From: Balanoglossus misakiensis
Taxonomy: Eukaryota; Animalia; Hemichordata
Length of the DNA stretch: 64,000 nucleotides
Assembly (NCBI GenBank): GCA_040954595.2
Contig: CM082578.2
Location: forward strand, 587,740 to 651,739
Direction: 5' to 3'
Shown: piece after piece, positions 12,942-23,663 of the stretch
Numbering within the stretch: the stretch's first letter is position 1
Layout: every line of letters begins with the position of its first letter
Position numbers and translations under genes: made by a program
Notes under the pieces: model-generated
Database searches by the model: none
Told to the model about the DNA's origin: nothing
The model's input: only the letters and a program-made list of their open reading frames with translations

Positions 12942-13656
12942 GGTGGCATTGCATGAAAACTTGTGATTTTTGCCAAATTTAATTTTTTTTACATAAATCG
13001 GTAGGCCTAATACTGACCCACATTCTGACTAATACGTCTTGGCCTAAATGGTGCATAATCACCCCAAAATAGCACTTTTCTGAATGAGTTCACAGCTTAA
13101 CAAATAGGTGTCAACAATGCAAATGGCCGTTTTTGTCAGTTTGCATTTTCGCTGCTCTTGACAACTTCAGACTAAAATAGCTTCGCTCTGCATTGGCCAA
13201 GTGTGCTCAAATTTCAACAGGGGATTGTGTATGACCCATCCAACAAAACGGTATTTTTGTTAGTCGATAAAGTGTCCCTGGCGGGAATAAACTCTGATTC
13301 AATACAACTCACCGTGAATTTGATCAAATTTTACAAAAAATCTAACTTTCAAACGCTGTTACTCCTCAATGGAAGCAGATAACGCAAAACAAAATTACGT
13401 TTTTTTGCACGTGTACTCTAGTTTCGAATGACATATTAAGATGCATGATGCATGGTCAACTTTTTTGCCTAATTTAAATTTAATGATATAATATCAAAAA
13501 ATGTTTTTTTTCACCCAAAATCGATAATATTTGCAACTCAAACAAAAGTTCAAAAACTCAGCTTCCAGAATATATATGGTTTATGGGGGTTTTAACGTTG
13601 TCTTTGATGAGAAATAGGCCTCTGAAAAAGTCTCGACGGTTTCATGCAATGCCACC
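12942..13656. mobile_element. Kolobok-like MITE, 715 bp
   Basis: 17-bp TIR GGTGGCATTGCATGAAA, TTAA TSD (12938-12941, 13657-13660), purine-purine ends rather than the piggyBac CC; empty site caattaaagc at 1449-1458. Confidence 0.85.
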
Positions 13657-14835
13657 TTAAAGCTTTTTTTAATTGTTTTTCTAAAAATGACATTTTCAAG
13701 CAAAATTTGATAACATGCAATTTTGTCTGCAGTGAGCCAAATTAGACTGTCTTTTGTGGAAGTTGTATCGATATATACATACGAAGGGCATTCTATACTC
13801 CACCAGATTACCGAAAATGTAGAAAACAGTTATTTTTCGTAATTTTCAAAAATTTACCATTTTTGACAAAATGTGGCTAAAATGGTTATTTTCGTCTTGA
13901 ATGCCGCCAGTGTCACTGCTTTTAAGAGTCATAAAAACTTTCAACATACAAGCAATTGTTTATATATGATCAGGTCACCGAATTAAAAAAAATAAAGAAT
14001 GTTTTGCCTAAAAATTACCTTTTTGGTGCAAAAACGAATAAAACGCAATTTTGTATTAAATCAGCTCATTCAGAGTGCATTTTTTATAATAAGCACCATT
14101 TTTACATATAATGGAAATTTCATACATCATCAGATATCCAAATATGAAAAAATGATTTAGATTTTAGATGATTGTCCAAAATTAGCTGATATCTAATAAA
14201 TGTAGTATTGAACCGTTCTGTTCCCCCCCCCCCTACATTATATGCGGTACGCCGATGTCAGTTTACCCGGCAGTACTGCAGGCCGTGCCCCCAACTTACG
14301 TCGGTGTTTGAAACGCCCAGGTTAAATTCGGGCTTTCTCTATAAATTGACAGGCAATAATGCAGTCCTACCCGAACAAATGTCGAGTGTTGACCCGCTGT
14401 GACTTTCCCTGTTCGGTTTGTCTGACTTAGCCAACGCCTTTGTACTAGAGTGTCGGGTCTTTTGCAGAGCCAGGCCGAAGGAAATCCGACTTGATCACCG
14501 TTGCTAACGAACGCCAGTGTCTGTCATGGTGTGCCGGGGTTTTAGACGAGCCAGGCCTTAGGAGATCTGACTTGATCAACGTGGTCAATTTACGCGTGTT
14601 TCCGCTCTAAAGTGCCGGGGCTTCAGCTAAACCAGGCCGTAGGAAATCCGACGTAATCACCGTTGATAACTTACGCCAGTCTGTGTCCTATATATATTGC
14701 CGGGGCATCAGCCGTGCCAGGCCGAAGGAGATGTGAGTAGATCAACGTGTACGCGTGTTTCTGCTCTAGAGTGCCAGGGCTTTAGCCAAGCCATGCCTGT
14801 GAAATCTGACTTGATCAACGTTGGTAACGAACGTT

Positions 14836-14893
14836 ATGACATTTTCAAGCCTGAAATGACATTTTCAAGCCTGAAATGACATTTTCAAGCCTG
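14836..14893 (+). repeat. Triplicated 20-mer at the macro-repeat/satellite junction
   Basis: (aa)atgacattttcaagcctg x3. Confidence 0.9.
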
Positions 14894-16608
14894 TCTTAGG
14901 TCACCACTTCATAAGCGGTCTTACCCGTCATTGGCACAAACAGTCTCAGGAAGTAAGCTTTCAGCCTACCAATGTAGCTATTGTATTTTCCACTTTTTGT
15001 AAGTGAAGCCTGACTGTCGCCTGTCTTAGGTCACCACTTCATAAGCGGTCTTACCCGTCATTGGCACAAACAGTCTCAGGAAGTAAGCTTTCAGCCTACC
15101 AATGTAGCTATTGTATTTTCCACTTTTTGTAAGTGAAGCCTGACTGTCGCCTGTCTTAGGTCACCACTTCACAAGAGGTCTTACCCGTCATTGGCACAAA
15201 CAGTCTCAGGAAGTAAGCTTTCAGCCTACCAATGTAGCTATTGTATTTTCCACTTTTTGTAAGTGAAGCCTGACTGTCGCCTGTCTTAGGTCACCACTTC
15301 ATAAGCGGTCTTACCCGTCATTGGCACAAACAGTCTCCGGAAGTAAGCTTTCAGCCTACCAACGTAGCTATTATATTTTCCACTTTTTGTAAGTGAAGCC
15401 TGACTGTCGCCTGTCTTAGGTCACCACTTCATAAGCGGTCTTACCCGTCATTGGCACAAACAGCCTCAGGAAGTAAGCTTTCAGCCTACCAATGTAGCTA
15501 TTGTATTTTCCACTTTTTGTAAGTGAAGCCTGACTGTCGCCTGTCTTAGGTCACCACTTCATAAGCGGTCTTACCCGTCATTGGCACAAACAGCCTCAGG
15601 AAGTAAGCTTTCAGCCTACCAATGTAGCTATTGTATTTTCCACTTTTTGTAAGTGAAGCCTGACTGTCGCCTGTCTTAGGTCACCACTTCATATGAGGTC
15701 TTACCCGTCATTGGCACAAACAGTCTCAGGAAGTAAGCTTTCAGCCTACCAATGTAGCTATTGTATTTTCCACTTTTTGTAAGTGAAGCCTGACTGTCGC
15801 CTGTCTTAGGTCACCACTTCATAAGCGGTCTTACCCGTCATTGGCACAAACAGTCTCAGGAAGTGAGCTTTCAGCCTACCAATGTAGCTATTGTATTTTC
15901 CACTTTTTGGAAGTGAAGCCTGACTGTCGCCTGTCTTAGGTCACCACTTCATAAGCGGTCTTACCCGTCATTGGCACAAACAGTCTCAGGAAGTAAGCTT
16001 TCAGCCTACCAATGTAGCTATTATATTTTCCACTTTTTGTAAGTGAAGCCTGACTGTCGCCTGTCTTAGGTCACCACTTCATAAGCAGTATTACCCGTCA
16101 TTGTCACAAACAGTCTCAGGAAGTAAGCTTTCAGCCTACCAATGTAGCTATTGCATTTTCCACTTTTTGTAAGTGAAGCCTGACTGTCGCCTGTCTTAGG
16201 TCACCACTTCATAAGCGGTCTTACCCGTCATTGGCACAAACAGTCTCAGGAAGTAAGCTTTCTGCCTACCAATGTAGCTATTATATTTTCCACTTTTTGT
16301 AAGTGAAGCCTGACTGTCGCCTGTCTTAGGTCACCACTTCATAAGCGGTATTACCCGTCATTGGCACAAACAGTCTCAGGACGTAAGCTTTCAGCCTACC
16401 AATGTAGCTATTGTATTTTCCACTTTTTGTAAGTAAAGCCTGACTGTCACCTGTCTTAGGTCACCACTTCATAAGCGGTCTTACCCGTCATTGGCACAAA
16501 CAGTCTCAGGAAGTAAGCTTTTAGCCTACCAATGTAGCTATTGTATTTTCCACTTTTTGTAAGTGAAGCCTGACTGTCGCATGTCTTAGGTCACCACTTC
16601 ATACGCGG
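14889..16608 (+). repeat. 130-bp satellite, block 1 (~13 monomers)
   Basis: Consensus GCCTGTCTTAGGTCACCACTTCATAAGMGGTCTTACCCGTCATTGGCACAAACAGTCTCAGGAAGTAAGCTTTCAGCCTACCAATGTAGCTATTRTATTTTCCACTTTTTGTAAGTGAAGCCTGACTGTC; period 130 (14891, 15021, ...). Confidence 0.98.
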
Positions 16609-17461
16609 TGTTACGTAGGTTCAGTCGGCTATTGTTTTGTGACCAGGTGTGTTTTTCGTGTGCGTTTCGTTTGCTTTCTTTATTTGAATATTTAAGTGAC
16701 CAGGTGTGAGGAATTAATTTTTGGCTAGTTTAAAAGCCCGCTCGTTGCCACGTTGTGCGAGTGGATGTTAATTTGACCTGGAGGACGTGCTGCTCGTTTG
16801 AACCGTCTTGGAAGCTGTGGCTGCTCTTCTGAACAATTTGTAAGTCGTGCTGTTTCGTGTGGAGCGGACTTTTGAAGCGGACTTTTGTGGAGCAGACTTT
16901 TGCGGACTTTTGTGGAGCAGACTTTTGCGGACTTTTGTGGAACCAGTTGGAGCTGGATTTTGCCTGGAACGCCGTGTCGCTGTGTCTACGCTGAACTGCC
17001 GCCGAGTTGGAGCTGTCGTTGTGTCTACGCTGAACTGCCGCCGAGTTGGAGCTGTCGTTGTGTCTACGCTGAACTGCCGCCGAGTTGGAGCTGTCGCCGT
17101 GTCGCTGTGTCTACACTGAATTATCGCTGAGTTGCTGTGTCTACGTGTCCTCCGTCAAGTCAGCGGAACGTTCTAGCGGACATTGGACTTGTTCTGTTTC
17201 AGTTTATGCACACCTGGTCACGTTTAAAAAGGTAGTTCACTTGTTTCTTGTGTGTTTCTTTAGTTTATAATATTTAATGTTCACGATTACTTTAGTTATT
17301 ATTAAATTCGTTATAAATAAGGTGATTTGCTGGTTGATGTGACTTTTGTTGACCAACTTTGTTGCGTGCGGCGCTGGTTTGGTTCCTTACAAAGTACGCC
17401 ATCCGGCTAGTGTGTTTATTGCTCGCCCTGTTTCGGCTGGAACGGCCAGCGTGTCGTAACA
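16609..17461 (+). repeat. 5' LTR of element 2 (853 bp)
   Basis: TG...CA ends; internal 25-bp and 39-bp tandem repeats. Confidence 0.95.
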
Positions 17462-17464
17462 AAT

Positions 17465-17482
17465 TGGGGGCTCGTCCGGGAT
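17465..17482 (+). promoter_or_regulatory. Primer binding site, tRNA-Pro
   Basis: TGGGGGCTCGTCCGGGAT, the canonical 18-nt tRNA-Pro PBS. Confidence 0.92.
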
Positions 17483-17540
17483 CTATCCTTGAATTCATTC
17501 AGTGCGCACGGTCAACAACGGTTCACAATTACTATTCGTA

Positions 17541-19357
17541 ATGGCTTCCACAGCGGAGTTCAACGTAACTGAGTTTGTCAAAAATGAAAATTTAACTGTT
17601 GATGATTTACAACGTTTGCGAAAGGCAGAACTAAAGCAGGTAGCTGCTCATTTTGGTGTCAGTCTTGGTAGTAATGTAACAAAAAAGGAAATTATTGATA
17701 GTATTTCTGCTTTCCTTGGTTTGACTAAACATGGTATGCATAATGCTGAGAGTACTGAAGTGGCATTGGCAAAAATTGAACTTGAAAGAGAGAAATTAAG
17801 ACTTGCTCAAGAAAGAGGAGAGGCCCAATTATTGAGAGAAAAAGAAAGAGAACAATTCGAGTTGAGGAAGTTAGAACTTGAACTTCAGTTAAGTCGACAG
17901 AATCATGAACCTGTTCAGAGCACTACGAGAAGTTCTGATTTTGATGTTACTAAATATCTTAAGTTGGTCCCAAGGTTTTCTGAAGCCGAAGTAGATACTT
18001 ACTTTTTGGCTTTTGAGAAAATTGCGAGACAACTTAAGTGGCCAACTAAATTTTGGACTTTGTTGCTTCAAAGTGTGTTTGTTGGGAAAGCCCAGGAAGT
18101 GTTTTCTTCCTTGTCCGATTCAGATTCTGAAGATTATGAAATTGTCAAGAAAGCAGTTCTATCCGCTTATGAGTTAGTTCCCGAGGCTTATAGACAGAAG
18201 TTTAGAAATTTAAGGAGACAGACTGGGCAAACCTTTGTTGAATTTGCAAGAGAGAAGGAAATTATATTTGATAGATGGTACCGTTCCTTGCAAACTGAAA
18301 AAGAATTTAATATACTGAGGGAGGTAATACTCATGGAGGAATTTAAGAACAGCATCCCTTTGGACATTAGAACCCATATTGATGAACATAAAGTTACAGA
18401 ACTAAAGCGGGCAGCCGTTATTGCTGATGATTATGAGCTTACTCACAAGAAAAGTGGTAGTAGCTCACCTAATTATAATAGGTATGGTAATAAACCTTTC
18501 ACTAATTATGCAAAATTTGATAACAGGGTAAATCATCCTAGTCCAGACAGAAAGGGCCAGTCTGTTGCTGCTAATAAGCCACCTGAGATTAGAAGGGGTC
18601 CTGTCTGTTTCCATTGTGGTAAAGTGGGGCACATTAAGTCTCACTGTTTGCAATGGAAGAAGAGTAACCAGAGGGATAGTAAACCTGTGGCTTTTGTTAA
18701 TAGAAATGCCGATATCCGTACAGATAGTCATATAAATATTGGTGATAAGTACCAAAGTTTGCCTGCACGAGATAACTGTAAAATCCCCAAGTCTATTCCT
18801 GACGGTTTTAGGGATTTTGTATCCCAAGGAGAGGTATCTGAATTATCTGACGTGCTTGAAGTGAAGCCCATTATCATACTGAGGGATACTGGTGCCGCTC
18901 AATCATTAATGTTAGCAGACGTCTTGCCAGAGAATGTATGGCGTTCAATGGATACCAGAATGTTGCTGCAAGGTATAGGTGGTAATTTTGTTTCGGTTCC
19001 TTTGTGTGAGGTTAATTTGAATTCTGACCTAGTCAATAGAGGGGGTAGATTTTCTCTTGGGGAATGATTTAGCTGGGGGAAAGGTTCAAGTCCCTCCCAT
19101 ACTTACTAAATTTCCATCTGTCCAACCGGCCACAGAGGAATTAAAGGATACATTTCCGGGTATATTTCCATCATGTGCAGTTACCAGGTCACAGTCACGT
19201 GTTGCGCGTTTAGATGAGGCGAATTCTCCCGACGTTCCCAATTCTGGTGTTTGGTTGGCAGAAACATTTTTCAAAGATTTAGACAGTGGGGATGGTCTAT
19301 CTAAACCTGGTGATTCTGAGACCGTGTTTACTCAGACTTCTCTAATAAAAGAACAAA
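17541..19357 (+). pseudogene. gag: gag (coiled coil, SCAN-like capsid region, CCHC knuckle) plus aspartic protease; frameshift near 19038
   Basis: ATG at 17541; YELVPEAYRQKFR and LMEEFKNS capsid motifs; CFHCGKVGHIKSHC; LRDTGAAQSL; continues in another frame as GVDFLLGNDLAGGKV...AVTRSQ. Confidence 0.9.
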
Positions 19358-19361
19358 TAGT

Positions 19362-20070
19362 CAGGTGGAAATTTCAGAAAATGAGCATTTTAAAAGCATG
19401 TCAGGCATTTTTTGGTACAAGCTGGGAACAAGTTGTTTTTGGATATTTCGAATACGCTGATTTCGAATTTGCCTGTTCCCAAAAATTCTTTTCACGTTTT
19501 CATGTCGAAAATGGCAAATTAATTTGTGACGTCATAATTTCAAAATACCTAAAAGAAAACGCTGTTTGTAGCCATTATGGTGCAATATCACAGGTCAACA
19601 CCATAATAGTCTATTGAAATCATATTCTTATATTCATTTAAATATTTGTAAACAATTTTTTTAATTTAGAAACATTTTGTGAATTGGTAAAATGCTAATT
19701 TATGTTAATTAGGTCCAGGTGGAAATTTCAGAAAATGAGCATTTTAAAAGCATGTCATTCATTTTTTTGGTACAAGCTGGGAACAAGTTGTTTTTGGATA
19801 TTTCGAATACGCTGACTTCGAATTTGCCTGTTCCCAAAAATTCTTTTCACGTTTTCATGTCGAAAATGGCAAATTAATTTGTGACGTCATAATTTCAAAA
19901 TACCTAAAAGAAAACGCTGTTTGTAGCCATTATGGTGCAATATCACAGGTCAACACCATAATAGTCTATTGAAATCATATTCTTATATTCATTTAAATAT
20001 TTTTAAACAATGTTTTTAATTTAGAAACATTTGGTGAATTGGTAATAATGCTAATTTATGTTAATTAGGT
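19362..20070 (+). repeat. 354-bp tandem duplication of the left end of the Academ-like element
   Basis: caggtggaaatttcagaaaatgagc at 19362 and 19716, near-identical copies. Confidence 0.92.
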
Positions 20071-20901
20071 GACACGCCCATCTAAAATCAATGGGTCTAC
20101 AAAAGAGAGCCAACGGTGTTAAGTGAGGTGTCTATTCCAATGTTTTCAGGGTCAAGGAATTCAAATATGCAATCGTTTACCTTGTCAGACAAGGTGCAGC
20201 ATGAAAAATATGCAAAATTAGCTTAATTAGTCATAATGTCATGCTAAAATTGACAACTGAAAGCTAAAGATACGACTTTGGCCTGTCAGGTGTCTATTCA
20301 TATGTTTTTTGACAAATGTTTGCATTTTAATGAATAACTGAAATGAAACTTTTCATATTTGTATGTAATAGCATGTAAAAAACAACAAAATCAAACAAAC
20401 TAACAAACAAACAAACAAATAAACATACACAACGAGGATTTAGTGTAGACTGTACATGCTCGCTGGTAACATCGTGACCAACCGCTCCGTTAAAAAACAC
20501 CAGAACATTGAACGTATGAACGTTTAGGTCCACAATTCACAAGTTATTGAACTATGAATGTATGTTCAATGTTGTGAAAAGCCAAAAACATACTTTTTGC
20601 CAACAAAACTGACATTTGTTAACGTACAAGTTGTTCATTAATAGCGAAAGCACCGTATGGCCACACTCACATTATGCCAGCACCATATATTCATGCTTAG
20701 TTATAAGACGTTGAATGCACACTGATGGCCCGACGTCCTCGGTGTTTTTTTGAAACCCGGTCTCTAACAACAATTTCTCTTCATAAGTAAAGAGTAATGT
20801 GTATTTTTATTACGGTTTTATATATGATACTGTGTGCAAAGTGAAGATTGTGTCAGTGAGGCAACATATATACATGTATGTTTAATCCACTTGGGTGTCG
20901 T

Positions 20902-23124
20902 ACTTGGCTCAGATGTGCGTTAATGTGTACTAAACAAATTCAGATAGCGAGCCACAATATCTGTTGATGAGTTTCCATGGCAATTTTTTTCAAAATGGCC
21001 GCCAATACAGATGATCTCACCCACAAAATACCAATTATAAAACACCAAAATAAATTCATATTACAATATTTGAAACAAGAAACTGCTCAAAGAGTAATTT
21101 TCAAAATATTTATCATCACTAAACTAGTTATAGGGGTAAATACAGGATCGAGATTCAGTCGCTAAAGAAATTCAAGTTTGGTAATAACACCGGTTACAAC
21201 AAACTTAGTTAAAACACTGTATAACCATAGATATATTATAATAGTGGCCTGGCATAAACAAAATTTTCATAACATTTGGGCATTTTGTGATAAAAGTTTA
21301 ACAAGTAAAGCTCAGTTGATTCGTTCTTTTCCCCATAAAAATATCTTTGATGAACAAAATTCCAAATTTAGTCAACCCAGGAAAAACGGCATCTTGTTTC
21401 TCAACCTTATAAATTGATCTGACCAGTTTGAATCAGTGCAGAATCTAGCTTTTCTATTTTATCTTCATCAAATGATTTATGCAAATAAAGAATCACTTCC
21501 CCATAAAATGGTGGCAGAAATCCAGTATCATGACAGTCGATTGGTTTGTTAAAGTTACTATAGAAACTAACTATGTCTAGGTTGCATGTACATAGATAGA
21601 TGTTAGGAATCCAAATCAAAATCTGTTTCAAACTTTTCATCCAATACTTGTCCTTCGGAAAGTGTTTTGATGAAGTCGCTTGAAGTGCTTTGTATTGCTC
21701 AAGTTATCGATAATTTTAATTGCACCTTGATGATAGTCAGCAGTTCTATTTTGACATGTTATTTTGTGTATTTTTGAACCCCCAAAATCAAAGAATAAAA
21801 TGATAAAGTGAAAATAAGCTTCAAAACACCAAAAGTCTTCAGGATCACAGCTTTTCTGTAAAGAGTAAGATTTCGCTTACTTCATGCTATTAAATGAAAT
21901 GAAGTTTTCCGTAATATCTCTTGCAAAGTCAGATTACACATTGAGATATTAGAATGGAAGTACATTCCAAGTGACTTGTTGGGAGCATTGGGCCACCTAA
22001 TCCCAGAAAATTGCAATAAGACCTGTTTTTTCCATTTACCAATCTAAAGGCCAACTGCTTGTATATTTAGTTGGGTTTCTATAATTAACACACATTTTTG
22101 ACAATATTTATGGCATGATGGACACTATTCTCGACAAATAAAATAATGTTGTGTCCTCCGCTGTAATTTTTATGAGTTTGGAATCATAGACACCATTTAT
22201 TTTTTGGTCAACTCTGTTAACAGTCGACAAAATTGCTGGAGTGGAACTGATACATGATCTAAAGTATCAAGACATATGGTCGATTATTAACGTTTCAGCA
22301 ATTCGACTTAAGTTTCTTAAATTTCCTATGGCATTTTGACAAACATCAACGCCCCGAAAAAACGTTGTCAACGCTGCGGTCGCGATTGTGGTCGAAACAA
22401 AGCCGACATTTTCGCATGGTTCGTTACCCGGGGTCCATTTAGATTGCATTGCGTTTGAGGCCCTATGTGTATGTCTGACGACCAATAAACGTGACGACCG
22501 CGGACTCAGTTTGGATCAACGTCTATTTCGGGCAGTAGACTCTCCTATCAAGTTGATAAGGAAATTTTACCAGTCACGAGTAAGCCAAGCCCACATCCGT
22601 GTGCAAATCTGATATATCGGTGATCTGTTTATATGATTATCATTAGCTAAGGTGGTAAACTGTTGTGATTCATATGTGTAATTTACGTACTGCAAGTTAA
22701 ATATCGCAATTAGCCTAATGTTTGATCATAGACAGTATGGTTTGATTTCTAGAGGAGCACCTATTAATCCGAGAACAAAGGGATTAAAAGTTGCGCCGTT
22801 AAATTGTGTTTTAATAACTTACTTACCCCTATAAGTAGTTTAGTAACCATAATATCTTTGAAAATCATTGTTTCCACAGTTCCTTGTATCAAATATAGAA
22901 ATCTAAATTTATTTTGGTGTTCACAGATGTTATTTGGTGGGTGAAATTATCTGTATTGGTGGCCATTTTGAAAAATTGGTTGCCATGGAAACTCATCAAC
23001 AGATATTTAGTGGCTCGCTATCTGAATTTGTTTAGTACACATTAACACACATCTGAGCCAAGTTTGGTGCTTTTATCACAAAATGCACAATCGCTATGAA
23101 AATTAGGGTTTGGCCGCTCCACTA
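20902..23124. mobile_element. Remnants of a second TAG-terminated TIR family nested inside
   Basis: TAGTGG...TTTTGTGATAAAAG at 21242-21296 is an imperfect inverted match of 23070-23124; 20902-21013 is inverted relative to 22949-23063; no TSD seen. Confidence 0.6.
21305..22200 (-). pseudogene. Decayed L1/Tx1-clade LINE ORF2 fragment (RT C-terminal half and downstream)
   Basis: Minus-strand translation across stops and frameshifts gives, in order: IKITAEDTTLF (YADDTT-like), GIRWPNAPNKSLGMYF, SKRNLTLYRKAVILKTFGVLKL, DYHQGAIKIID, WIPNIYL, FYGEVI, FGILFIKDIF. Confidence 0.7.
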
Positions 23125-23663
23125 CAGGGCTTTAGACGGCCATATTGAATTGCCACATCGAGGCTCTTATCTCAAAATGAACTTCACACTTGAAGTATTG
23201 TTTTGAACAAGGTTTAAGTCCTTTATTAAAATAAAGAAAAGGTTATTCTTTCCAATGGTTGTGAGTTTTCAGTACATGTACTGTTACACCTAGCTTTATT
23301 ATTATTTGGTAGCCAAAAATCAACGAATTATTCATACAATATGCAAATTTGTGCATAATTATTGTTTTATTATTGCTATTTTGTGTTTATACAACCAAAA
23401 AAGTTGTTGATGTAAACATGTAGTTTATTTTCATTGTTTAAGGAGGTACGTGAACATTTCTTTGATGCTATTCATGTGAGAATTGCGATCCTTGGCGGCC
23501 ATATTTGATTTGCCAAAACGAGGCTCTTATCTCAAAAAGATCTTTTGGGAACAGGCATTTTCGAAATCAGCGTAGTCGAATTGACCAAAAAACATATTTG
23601 GTTTGCTTGTACCAAAAAATGCCAGAGGGGGTCACAATTTCTCAAATCTCCACCTGACTAAAA

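Larger units (their letters stand above)
10244..14835 (+). repeat. ~2.06-kb macro-repeat: end of copy A, copy B with two insertions, start of copy C
   Basis: 10244-10766 matches 13981-14507; 11732-12210 resembles 14508-14833; 81-bp sub-repeat (cgtagga at 11781, 11862, 11943, 12024) with an alternating A/B pattern. Confidence 0.88.
19358..23660. mobile_element. Academ-like non-autonomous DNA transposon (TAG...CTA ends), 4303 bp composite
   Basis: TIR TAGTCAGGTGGAAATTTCAGAAA vs TAGTCAGGTGGAGATTTGAGAAA, plus an imperfect subterminal IR (~19404-19492 vs ~23535-23623); 3-bp TSD AAA; removal restores KEQKADP in pol. Superfamily inferred from termini and TSD length. Confidence 0.8.

Noticed and set aside
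14889-15018. CENP-B box in the satellite
   Set aside because: No TTCGnnnnAnnCGGG match seen on either strand of the consensus.
16601-16616. Similarity of the LTR start (tgttacg) to the displaced satellite sequence (tcttacc), suggesting homology-driven integration
   Set aside because: Only 5 of 7 nt; the clean 4-bp TSD and TG...CA ends indicate ordinary integrase-mediated insertion.
16847-17270. Repetitive ORFs in the LTRs and in the 70-bp array (5896-6697)
   Set aside because: By-products of tandem repeats, open in several frames, with no domain signal.
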